From a bacterium (GTDB lineage Bacteria > Actinomycetota > Acidimicrobiia > Spongiisociales > Spongiisociaceae): a stretch of DNA of 64,000 bases. Both the position numbers and the translations under genes were made by a program. How positions within the stretch are numbered: position 1 is the stretch's first letter; every line of letters begins with the position of its first letter. The stretch lies in NCBI GenBank assembly GCA_028821265.1, contig JAPPGU010000002.1, forward strand, positions 904 to 64,903, in the 5' to 3' direction. Of this stretch, positions 1 through 7,761 are shown piece by piece. The notes under the pieces are model-generated. The model was not told the DNA's origin. It worked only from the letters and a program-made list of their open reading frames with translations, and did no database searches.

Positions 1-2
1 TG

Positions 3-500
3 ATCGCCTTCGCCGGCGGTCCCAATTGCGGCGCGGGCGGCCAGCTCTCTGTCGATCGCCTTACCGGCTTGGTCGAGAACTGCGACGGCTCCGTCTACGA
101 AGCGGGCGGCGCGGCCGGAGGCGTGGACGTGCGGGCGCTGGTCGGCGAGGGGAGCGTGCTGTTCGCGGCCCCCTCCAGCTGCAGCTCGTGCCATGGCGCC
201 AGCGGCGAGGGCGGCTCCGGCCCGGCCTTGGCAGGCACGCTGCTGGACACCTTCGCGGTGTGTACCGACCACATCGAGTGGGTCTCGCTGGGAACGGACG
301 GCTTCCTCAGCGCGGGCCGGAATACCTATGGTGACGCCGGCACCGCGGTGGGCTCGGGCGGGGTCATGCCCTCTTTCGCCGACACCATGACTCCCGAGGA
401 GATCGCCACCGTGGTCTTCTACGAACGGGTGGTGCTGGGAGGCCAGCCCGTCGAGGACGCGGTGTTCGACTGCGGATTCGCAGAACCCGTCGAAGAATGA
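3..500 (+). CDS. c-type cytochrome domain protein, 5' end outside the window
   Basis: The frame is open from the window edge. It has one CSSCH (CxxCH) haem-binding motif and a downstream GGVMPSF segment that could supply the Met ligand. Track ORF 69..500 is the tail of this gene. Confidence 0.7.
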   Translation: MAFAGGPNCGAGGQLSVDRLTGLVENCDGSVYEAGGAAGGVDVRALVGEGSVLFAAPSSCSSCHGASGEGGSGPALAGTLLDTFAVCTDHIEWVSLGTDGFLSAGRNTYGDAGTAVGSGGVMPSFADTMTPEEIATVVFYERVVLGGQPVEDAVFDCGFAEPVEE

Positions 501-589
501 GGTCCGGAACCGCTATCACGTTGCTGATCCTGCTGGCCTTGATCGGCGTGGCCGGGATCGTGTTCGCCGTCCAATTGCTCGGCCTGTAG
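497..589 (+). CDS. candidate 30-aa single-pass hydrophobic micro-protein
   Basis: Its ATG overlaps the cytochrome c stop as ATGA. The product is MRSGTAITLLILLALIGVAGIVFAVQLLGL. It is below the ORF-track size cut-off. Confidence 0.3.
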   Translation: MRSGTAITLLILLALIGVAGIVFAVQLLGL

Positions 590-663
590 AAGAGAGCCAG
601 GGGGCTACGGGTAACCACCTCTGCCAGTAAACTACGCGGCTAGAGGGCTAGGAGCACTCTGCG

Positions 664-879
664 ATGACATCAGCCACCACGACCACCACTTTCCGTGTCG
701 AGGCTTTTCACGAGGGTGAGTGGTGGGTGGCCCGGGTAGCAGGGCTAGACGCCAACTACACCCAGGCCAGGACGTTCGAGGAAGTACGCGAAATGGCGCG
801 AGACCTCATTGCCCTCGCGCTCGACATCGACGAGACCGAGGTAGGCGAGATCGTGGTTACCGAGAACGACTGGCGCTGA
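664..879 (+). CDS. HicB-like (UPF0150) antitoxin-fold protein, no HicA partner seen
   Basis: 71 aa. The FRVEAFHEGEWWVARVAGLD...ARTFEEVREMARDLIAL pattern is typical of the HicB N-terminal domain. Confidence 0.5.
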   Translation: MTSATTTTTFRVEAFHEGEWWVARVAGLDANYTQARTFEEVREMARDLIALALDIDETEVGEIVVTENDWR

Positions 880-919
880 CCTCAGACAACTCCGGCCACG
901 GTTCGGGATCGGGGCTGTT

Positions 920-1318
920 TCAAGGCGTCACCAACTGGATGTCGCACTGCGGACCAGGTGCGCCGGCGAGCGCCCTGTCGTTGGTAAGAAGTGAACATTC
1001 GAGCGTTTCCGCCAGCGCCACGTAGACGGCGTCGTATGGTGTCACGTTGGCTCGCAATTCGAAGATCCGGGGAAGCAACGAAACCATCGAGTACCGTGCG
1101 AGCGGCAAATCGGCGAGGGCCTCTACGGCGTCCGAGAATCGCTCGAGTGTGAGGTCACCGGCCAGCCAGCGCTTCCTGAGGACTGAAACGACTTCGGCGT
1201 AGGCCAGGTCCGGTATGGCGGCGTCGCCGGCAAGACGCAACTCTCGCCGGGCGTCGGCGCCGTCGCCGCCGTCGTCACCGACCGCATTGGCGAGCACGGA
1301 GGCGTCGAGGACGATCAA
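920..1318 (-). CDS. vapC: PIN-domain toxin VapC
   Basis: It starts MIVLDASVL and has the acidic residues and the YDAVYVALAE / LLTND motifs of PIN RNases. Its start overlaps the upstream antitoxin gene by 4 nt. Confidence 0.8.
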   Translation of the reverse strand: MIVLDASVLANAVGDDGGDGADARRELRLAGDAAIPDLAYAEVVSVLRKRWLAGDLTLERFSDAVEALADLPLARYSMVSLLPRIFELRANVTPYDAVYVALAETLECSLLTNDRALAGAPGPQCDIQLVTP

Positions 1319-1545
1319 CGCTGCCGGCGGTCCTCGGCCAGGTCCTCCACTGACTGTCTAGCGCCGACGCGACCACCCGCAAGGGTTTCCACCCTGTTGA
1401 TGACATCGTCGAGCGTGGGGCGCGCCGCGAGCCGCTTCAACTCGGACACGAGATACTGCTGAAGCGATTTGCCCTCACGCTCGGCGCGGTGCCGTAGCTC
1501 GGCATGCGTCTCGTCGGGCAGATTCCGTATCAGCACGTGCACCAT
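1315..1545 (-). CDS. vapB: VapB/FitA-type ribbon-helix-helix antitoxin
   Basis: 76 aa with the N-terminal pattern MVHVLIRNLPDETHAELRHRAEREGKSLQQYL. It is translationally coupled to vapC. Confidence 0.7.
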   Translation of the reverse strand: MVHVLIRNLPDETHAELRHRAEREGKSLQQYLVSELKRLAARPTLDDVINRVETLAGGRVGARQSVEDLAEDRRQR

Positions 1546-1635
1546 GCTTTCATTATGCTATCACAAGTGCGACCCTGACCTCTGTATGGATCTAGCCGGC
1601 CGGTCATCGGCCGGTGGTTCAGTGTAATCCAATAT

Positions 1636-1679
1636 AACTAGCAACTAGCAACTAGCAACTAGCAACTAGCAACTAGCAA
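1636..1679. repeat. heptanucleotide tandem array (AACTAGC) x6 plus a partial unit
   Basis: Six perfect consecutive copies read directly from the sequence. The array contains the last 4 codons and the stop (1666-1668) of the minus-strand gene 1666..2487. It lies about 90 nt upstream of the vapB start. Confidence 0.95.
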
Positions 1680-2487
1680 TAACGACCGACGAGTCCACGG
1701 CGAGCGTGAAGTGGTCGTCGGCCCGCCCGCCCCGCACGGCCAGCGCCATCAGCCCGGCCGAATCGATGTGGAGGAGCGGGCGCCCTTCCCCCACGTCCGC
1801 GAACGTCCCCACCCAGGGCACCCGGTAGTTCATCATGCCCACCCGCACCACGACCTGCTCGCCCGGTCCCATCCCGGCCTCCTCGAGGTCTTCGGGCGTG
1901 ATGTTGGTCTGGACGTTGCCGTAGGTGTCCACCCACCAGGCGCGACCCTCCACCCGTCCTTCGTCCGTCACCTCGGATAGGGGAAGCAGGAGCGGCGTGA
2001 GGATCTGCGGATCTAGCTGTGGCCCTATCTCGTGCGGCCGGGCTTCTCCGGCAGCAAGCACGGCGGCAGCCGGCGCGAACCGGTCCCGGCCCTCGAACGT
2101 GCGGCCCCGTGACGGGAGCATCACGTCCGGGTTCTCGATCGCGTAGGCCTCCGTCACGCCCCCTAGGAATGCCGCCGCCGGGGAGAGGATCCCGTTGTCG
2201 GGACCCACCAGGTAGCCCCAGCCGGTCTCCAGGACCACGGCCTTGCGGTCGCTCCCCACACCGGGATCCACCACCGCCAGCACGACGCCGGCCGGCATGT
2301 ACTGGATGGCCCGCAACAGGGTGAGAGCGCCGGCCCGGATGTCGCCGGGCGGTATCCGGTGGTTCAGGTCGATCACGCGGCACCGGGGCGCCAGCGTGGC
2401 GATCACCCCGTGCACCACCCCGACGAACTCGTCCTCCCGGCCGAAGTCGGATAGGAAGGTGATCGGAAGCGGAAAACTCGGCACCAC
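1666..2487 (-). CDS. SAM hydroxide adenosyltransferase family protein (DUF62, chlorinase/fluorinase-like)
   Basis: N-terminal ITFLSDFGREDEFVGVVHGV and DPGVGSDRKAV motifs and the length (273 aa) fit the family. The start is GTG. Confidence 0.85.
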   Translation of the reverse strand: MVPSFPLPITFLSDFGREDEFVGVVHGVIATLAPRCRVIDLNHRIPPGDIRAGALTLLRAIQYMPAGVVLAVVDPGVGSDRKAVVLETGWGYLVGPDNGILSPAAAFLGGVTEAYAIENPDVMLPSRGRTFEGRDRFAPAAAVLAAGEARPHEIGPQLDPQILTPLLLPLSEVTDEGRVEGRAWWVDTYGNVQTNITPEDLEEAGMGPGEQVVVRVGMMNYRVPWVGTFADVGEGRPLLHIDSAGLMALAVRGGRADDHFTLAVDSSVVIASC

Positions 2488-2504
2488 GCCGGCCCGAGCC
2501 TAGA

Positions 2505-2567
2505 TGGTCAGTGGTCAGTGGTCAGTGGACAGTGGACAGTGGACAGTGGACAGTGGACAGTGGATGT
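2505..2567. repeat. heptanucleotide tandem array (TGGTCAG)x3 (TGGACAG)x5 plus one degenerate unit
   Basis: Read directly from the sequence. It begins 18 nt upstream of the GTG start at 2487 (minus strand), inside a divergent intergenic region. Confidence 0.95.
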
Positions 2568-2731
2568 TTGTCACCGGGTAATAAGACGGAAACCCAACTG
2601 CCTTAAGGGCTACAGCCAACTGGATGACCTGTGGGTCACCGAGCGGCCACTGGCAGCCGACCACTGGCCACTTAATCCCGACCATCTGAACCCGCCCGTG
2701 GGTGGGTCCGGGTGCGGTTTACCATTGCGCC

Positions 2732-3613
2732 ATGGGTGATCCGGCGCTCGGCGACACCGAACTGCTCTCCTCGGCCGAGGGGGTGGTGATGATCATCGGG
2801 GCGCCCGATTCGGGAAAGACGACCCTGGCTCGCAAGCTGGCCGACGCCGCCCTCCAGGACGGACGGACCGTCGCCTACATCGACAGCGACCTGGCTTGTA
2901 CAACCGTCGGCCCGCCTACCTGCGTGGGCCTGAAGTGGCTCCGCTCGCCGGCCGACATGGCCGATCTCACCCAAGCCGACGACCTGCGCTTCGTGGGAAG
3001 CATCAGGCCGGACCGGTTCATCCTCCAGCAGGTGGCCGGTGTCGCTTCGCTGGTGGAGACCGCCCGGACGGAGGCGGACCTGATCGTCATCGACACCAGC
3101 GGAACCGTCTCAGGGGTGGTGGGCCAGCGGCTCAAGTATCACAAGGCGGAGTTGGTCCGGCCCGACACCGTGTGGGCCGTGCAGAGGGGTGGCGAGTTGG
3201 AACCTCTGGTAGGCCTCCTGCGGCGGTTTCTCTCCGCCAACGTGGTCACCGTCGCCGCCAACCGGGGCGGCCTGCCGATGAGTCCCGAGGAGCGAGTGGA
3301 TGTGCGCGCCGCCCGGTTCGCCGCGGCATTCCCGGCGCCGCTCCAGCGCTGGCGCGTCTTGCCCACCGTATTCGCACCCAGCCTCCCGGCGGGCTTCGAC
3401 CTGGTCCGCCTCCACCGGATGATCGTCGGGGTCCACGACCGGCAGGGCCGTTGCCTGTGCCTGGGAATGCTGGAGTACGACGAAGTGCTGCGGGTCATCA
3501 CCTCCGGGAACCAGGGCATGGCCGGACTTCAGATCGGGTCGGTCCGTCTCGACCCCGAGACGTTCCGGACTACCTCGGTCCGCCTCAACGAGCTGATGTT
3601 CGGCCTCGGCTGA
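2732..3613 (+). CDS. Clp1/Grc3-like P-loop protein (putative polynucleotide 5'-hydroxyl kinase)
   Basis: It has a Walker A motif, MIIGAPDSGKTTLARKLA, followed by YIDSDLACTTVGPP and VIDTSG, as in the CLP1_P domain. The ATG at 2732 is preferred over the GTG at 2702. Confidence 0.6.
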   Translation: MGDPALGDTELLSSAEGVVMIIGAPDSGKTTLARKLADAALQDGRTVAYIDSDLACTTVGPPTCVGLKWLRSPADMADLTQADDLRFVGSIRPDRFILQQVAGVASLVETARTEADLIVIDTSGTVSGVVGQRLKYHKAELVRPDTVWAVQRGGELEPLVGLLRRFLSANVVTVAANRGGLPMSPEERVDVRAARFAAAFPAPLQRWRVLPTVFAPSLPAGFDLVRLHRMIVGVHDRQGRCLCLGMLEYDEVLRVITSGNQGMAGLQIGSVRLDPETFRTTSVRLNELMFGLG

Positions 3614-3766
3614 TCGACCCGGGCCGGTGGGATCCGGACACGCGAAAGCCCGAGGAACCTTTACCGAATTCCACCGCACTTCCCCTGACGGATTCGCTCG
3701 GCGCCAGCACCTCGGGCCTTCTGGACTGAACCTTACGGCCTACCGCCTGGCGGATCAAGCCATCTA

Positions 3767-3795
3767 TTGACATCGTGTAACCATTACATTACGTT
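3767..3795 (+). promoter_or_regulatory. sigma70-like promoter TTGACA-17 nt-TACGTT with no downstream plus-strand CDS
   Basis: A consensus -35 (3767-3772), a 17-nt spacer and a TAnnnT -10 (3790-3795) sit in a visibly A/T-richer 320-nt gap. Confidence 0.35.
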
Positions 3796-3933
3796 CTCAT
3801 AAGTGGGCCGATGGGCCTCTCCCAAGGCCTTATCCACACAATCCCCAGGGGTTGCTCACAGGGAGTGTGAACAAGACACTTCCAGAAATTTTCGCGCTCT
3901 CCCACCCCGGATGGTCGTGGCCGGCACGCTGCG

Positions 3934-4356
3934 TCAGCGCCCGAATCCCGTCCTGACCAGGGGACGGAATGTGAGGTCCACCAGCTCGTAGATCTCGGCG
4001 AAGACATACTGGAGAACCTCCTCATCGGCGCGCTCGGCCTCGACCCGGCCCCGCAGGTATATCCCACCACCGTGATCGATGGCGAAGTGGACCCGCCACG
4101 CCCGATGGTTGCGGACCAGCATCAACCGGTAGACCTCCTCCAGTCGCCCGCGAGGCGATGGAAGAACGTACGCCTCGAACCCGACCGTGCGGTCGCCGGG
4201 CTCGACCCATACCGTGGTGAAGTCGCGGGTTTGCTGAGCCATCCGCACCGCCCAGCGGCCTTCCACGAGTTCGGTGGCCACCACGTCCGATCCGGGATCC
4301 TCCACCCATGACCGGAAGATGGCGCCCAGCCGGTCGGTGAGCTCAGCCCGATCCAT
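3934..4356 (-). CDS. YbjN-like domain protein
   Basis: 140 aa from the ATG at 4356 (MDRAELTDRLGAIF...). Its start overlaps the end of the upstream mshA-like gene by 14 nt. As far as I recall, this pairing occurs downstream of mshA in actinobacteria. Confidence 0.55.
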   Translation of the reverse strand: MDRAELTDRLGAIFRSWVEDPGSDVVATELVEGRWAVRMAQQTRDFTTVWVEPGDRTVGFEAYVLPSPRGRLEEVYRLMLVRNHRAWRVHFAIDHGGGIYLRGRVEAERADEEVLQYVFAEIYELVDLTFRPLVRTGFGR

Positions 4357-5578
4357 CGGTGATTCCCCTATAGAGCTCCAAGAGCCGGTCGGTGGCTGCT
4401 TCCCACCCGTAGCGACGACCCGCAGCAAGGGCGCCCCGGATCAGTTCGTCGCGGTAGGCCGCCCCGTCCAGGACCCTCAACAGAGCCTTGGCGTAGTCGG
4501 GCGGCTCCCATCCGTCCACCAGGAACCCGGACACTCCATCCTCGACCACATACCGCAACCCGCCCACATTGGCGGCCACCACCGGCAGGCCCACTCCCTG
4601 CGCTTCCGCCGCCACCAACCCGAAGGATTCGCTCCTCGACGGCACGATGAGCACGTCGGCGGCCTGGTAGTAGAGCGGGAGGCGGTGGTGGGGCTGGACG
4701 CCGCACCAGGTCAGCCTCCGTTCCAGGCCCGAGCGGGCGGCGAGTTGCCGGATCTCGAGCTCTTCCTCGATACCAGAGGGGCCGCTCGGGCCGCCCACGA
4801 CCATCATCCGGGCATCCGGGAGGTGGTCTCGCACCATGCCGAAGGCCGCCACCGCCACGTCCAGTCCCTTGAGCGCCTGGATACGACCTACGAACAGCAC
4901 GGTCGGAGCGTCATCGAGGCCCAGCCGTCTCCTGGCCTCCCGGCGATCGCCCGGCCTGAACAGGGTCAGGTCGATGCCGGGTGGGTTCACGCATACCCGG
5001 CTGGGGTCGGCGCCGTACCGCTCGATCAGCTCCAGCGCCTCGTGCTCGGTGGAGGCGATCACGCAGTCCGACCGGGCGATCACCTCCCGCTCGGCGGCGA
5101 TGCGATACAAGGGTTCGCTCGGCTGGCCGGGACGGCGGGTGGCGTCCTTGACCCGGCCCAACGTGTGGAAGGAGTTGGCGAGCGGGAACCCCGTTACCTG
5201 CTTGACGAGCAGGCCCGTCCAGCCGGACAGCCAGTAATGGCTGTGGAGGATGACGGTCCCCGGCCCGCGGTGGCCGTCATCGAGCACAGCCTCGGTGACC
5301 TGCGTGGCGAACTCCCCCACCCAGTCGCCGAGATGGGGAATCGGTAGCGGCTCCACCGGCCCGGCCTCGACATGGATCACCTCGTAACCGGCAGGAGTGG
5401 CCATCACCCCCGCCCGGCTCGGATCCGTCCGCCGGGTGAACACGGTCACCTCGATACCCCGTCGGGCGAGCGAAGCGGCCTGCTCATCGACATAGACGTT
5501 CATGCCCCCGGCGTCGCCCACGCCGGGACGATCCAGCGGAGACGTGTGCATCGAAAGGAACACCACCTTGCGGATCAT
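4343..5578 (-). CDS. mshA: GT4 glycosyltransferase, D-inositol-3-phosphate glycosyltransferase (MshA) type
   Basis: The N-terminus KVVFLSMHTSPLDRPGVGDAGGMNVYV is the MshA signature, and the C-terminal PSRSESFGLVAAEAQGVGLPVV is the GT4 motif. The true start is the ATG at 5578, which overlaps the stop of the upstream gene as ATGA. Confidence 0.8.
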   Translation of the reverse strand: MIRKVVFLSMHTSPLDRPGVGDAGGMNVYVDEQAASLARRGIEVTVFTRRTDPSRAGVMATPAGYEVIHVEAGPVEPLPIPHLGDWVGEFATQVTEAVLDDGHRGPGTVILHSHYWLSGWTGLLVKQVTGFPLANSFHTLGRVKDATRRPGQPSEPLYRIAAEREVIARSDCVIASTEHEALELIERYGADPSRVCVNPPGIDLTLFRPGDRREARRRLGLDDAPTVLFVGRIQALKGLDVAVAAFGMVRDHLPDARMMVVGGPSGPSGIEEELEIRQLAARSGLERRLTWCGVQPHHRLPLYYQAADVLIVPSRSESFGLVAAEAQGVGLPVVAANVGGLRYVVEDGVSGFLVDGWEPPDYAKALLRVLDGAAYRDELIRGALAAGRRYGWEAATDRLLELYRGITDGSG

Positions 5579-6471
5579 GTGACGCCCTCCACCACAAGCA
5601 GCGGGCGCGCCCGAGCCCCCATGCGGAACTTGTAGGGCTCCGATCCCTTGAGAAAGTCGAACACCGCTCCCCCCGCCGCGATGGTGGCGGCGATCAACTC
5701 CGTGAGGAGCACCACGCCGGGCGACACGTGACGGAGATCGGGCTCGTAGGCGGAGTTGTACAGGTAGTAGCCGTCGGCGTCCGAGTAGCCGATCACGACC
5801 GCTGCCGGGCGGTTGTCGTCCCCGTACAGGACGTCCAGGCGCCAACCCTCCCCGCTCAGGAGCTCCGTGAACATGTCCTCCATCGGGCCGGTCATGAACC
5901 GACCCTTTCGTCCCGCCGAGCGGCGATGGAGCCGGAAGAAGTCGTCCAGCACGGGGCCCGGCTCCTCGAAGGTCGCCAGGCGCAACCCGCCCATCTCCCC
6001 GACGAACCGGCGGCGCTTGCGGCGGGCCTCGTGACGCTGCTTCTTTCCGATGGCGGTCAGGTACTGGTCGAAGGTCTCCGGGAGGTCCACCACGGCGGTC
6101 TCGGCGTGCGGGGCCATGCGATAGTCGGAGCCGACCCGGTCCAGGGCTTCGGTGATGACGTCGGCGGCGCCCGACGGAAGGGAATCGAACCGGAAGGACC
6201 GGCTCCGGCCGGACGCTCGGAAGTGCTCGACCAGCAGGTCGACCGCGTCGCCGAGCGGCGACCGGTAGTCGACCAGGTCCTCGTGTCCCAGAAGCCCGAG
6301 ATGATCACCCTCCTCGACCAGGGCCACCTCCCCCCGTTCGTCCGACAGGATGAGAGGAACCTGGCCGGGCGAGGCGGTATGCCGCCACACGGTGGCGAGG
6401 AAATCGCGGGTGGCGAACGGTCCGACCCGGTCCGCCGCTGCACTATGCCCGTAGGTCCTGGTATCGAACAT
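5575..6471 (-). CDS. GNAT-fold acetyltransferase (CelD/BioF2-like, Acetyltransf_6)
   Basis: The C-terminal half (YYLYNSAYEPDLRHVSPGVVLLTELI...FDFLKGSEPYKFRMGA) is typical of the family. The start is taken at MFDTRTY (6471). Confidence 0.6.
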   Translation of the reverse strand: MFDTRTYGHSAAADRVGPFATRDFLATVWRHTASPGQVPLILSDERGEVALVEEGDHLGLLGHEDLVDYRSPLGDAVDLLVEHFRASGRSRSFRFDSLPSGAADVITEALDRVGSDYRMAPHAETAVVDLPETFDQYLTAIGKKQRHEARRKRRRFVGEMGGLRLATFEEPGPVLDDFFRLHRRSAGRKGRFMTGPMEDMFTELLSGEGWRLDVLYGDDNRPAAVVIGYSDADGYYLYNSAYEPDLRHVSPGVVLLTELIAATIAAGGAVFDFLKGSEPYKFRMGARARPLLVVEGVT

Positions 6472-6523
6472 CACCGGGTACACGGGTCGAGCGTATCGGG
6501 TCGGATGGAGACTCCCGGCGCGC

Positions 6524-7633
6524 TCATAGGCAGGCTCGCACCAGCGTCGGGTAGGGATTGACCGGCGAAGAGGTCCGCCCCCTCGGATGGAGTTGGAAAT
6601 GCAGATGGGGCGGAGTGGTGCGGGCGTTCCCGGTGTTGCCGTTGTAGCCCACCACCTGGCCCCGGCTGACCCGGACCCCCGAGGCGATCCCCGAGGCATA
6701 ACCGTCGAGGTGGGCGTAGTAGTAGTCGACCCCGTGGTCGGCCGCCAGCCATAGAGCGGTACCGCCCCGGCCCCCTTGCGTCAGCAGCACCGTGCCGTTG
6801 CCCACGGCATAGATGGGTTGCCCCCTGGGGGCGAACAGGTCGTTGCCGCGGTGGGTTCGCCCTCCCGACCGCGGGAAACCCCAGTCGTTGATGAAGGAGG
6901 TGGCAGCCGGATCCAGCGGGCAGATGAAACCGGGTGTCAAACCGGGTCCGACCCCGGCCGCCGGACCCGCCCGCCGGGCGGCCTCGAGAGCCCGGGCCCG
7001 CGCCAACTCGGCCTGGCGTTGCCGGTAGAGCCGACTGCATTCTCCCTCCAGTTGCCTCGAGGCGTACAGGGCCTCGTCCGTCGCCGCAGCCAGTATCCCG
7101 GCCTGCTGCTCAGCCCTGATCTCCAGGATGAGCAACTCGGTCTCCTCCTCCACGAGCTGCTGCTCCATGACTTCGGTCTGGGCCAGTATCAGCCGCCACC
7201 GGTCCACCGCCGCCACCCGCTCGGTGGTGATGGCGTTGATGAACTCCTGGCTGGTGACCAACTCGTCGAGCGACTTCGTCCGGAGAACGAGGCCGCTGAT
7301 CTCCGTCTCGGCGGTCATGTAGGACTCCACCGCCCAATCCACCACAGCCTGGCGCAGCACCTCGAGCTCCTCGTAGCGTTCCGCGATCTGGTCCTGGAGC
7401 CGGGCGACCCGGCCGGCTATGACATCCCGGTCCGCATAGAGCCCGGCCACCTCGGCCTGGGCCTCGTTCCGTTCCGCGACCGCGGCGTCCAGGATGTCCA
7501 CCGCGTCCTGGTACTCGCCGCAAGCCTCGTCCACCTCAGCCTGGGTTACCGCCACCGAGGGGGCAGGCGCCACGGCTGCGAGAGCCAATACGGGCGCGAC
7601 CAGGAGCACCACGCGCCGGATGTGTTTGGACAT
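6524..7633 (-). CDS. secreted M23 family metallopeptidase with a coiled-coil N-terminal region
   Basis: It has a signal peptide (VVLLVAPVLALAAVAPAPS), a long heptad-like helical region, and the HRGNDLFAP ... YYAHL ... GNTGNARTTPPHLHFQLH zinc-site motifs. Confidence 0.85.
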   Translation of the reverse strand: MSKHIRRVVLLVAPVLALAAVAPAPSVAVTQAEVDEACGEYQDAVDILDAAVAERNEAQAEVAGLYADRDVIAGRVARLQDQIAERYEELEVLRQAVVDWAVESYMTAETEISGLVLRTKSLDELVTSQEFINAITTERVAAVDRWRLILAQTEVMEQQLVEEETELLILEIRAEQQAGILAAATDEALYASRQLEGECSRLYRQRQAELARARALEAARRAGPAAGVGPGLTPGFICPLDPAATSFINDWGFPRSGGRTHRGNDLFAPRGQPIYAVGNGTVLLTQGGRGGTALWLAADHGVDYYYAHLDGYASGIASGVRVSRGQVVGYNGNTGNARTTPPHLHFQLHPRGRTSSPVNPYPTLVRACL

Positions 7634-7648
7634 GGCATTTAAGGCTAG

Positions 7649-7690
7649 TGGTCGGTGGTCAGTGGTCAGTGGTCAGTGGTCAGTGGTCAG
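7649..7690. repeat. heptanucleotide tandem array (TGGTCGG)x1 (TGGTCAG)x5
   Basis: Read directly from the sequence. It starts 15 nt upstream of the M23 peptidase ATG (7633, minus strand), so it occupies the expected RBS/5'UTR region. Confidence 0.95.
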
Positions 7691-7761
7691 TCACGCCGGT
7701 CCCGCGACCTCATGGAGCCGGTCAAGAACAACTTGGCGTGTTCTGCTCGGGACTGCGGCCC

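Noticed and set aside
2505-2567. Heptamer arrays (this one and those at 1636, 7649 and 42061) considered as CRISPR arrays.
   Set aside because: The units are 7 nt and directly abutting, with no spacers. No cas genes are in the window. They are simple tandem repeats.
3803-3991. 62-aa ORF in the 3.6-3.9 kb gap.
   Set aside because: It has a GTG start without an RBS and an Arg/Pro-rich product, and its 3' third is antisense to the ybjN-like gene. The region is better treated as non-coding.
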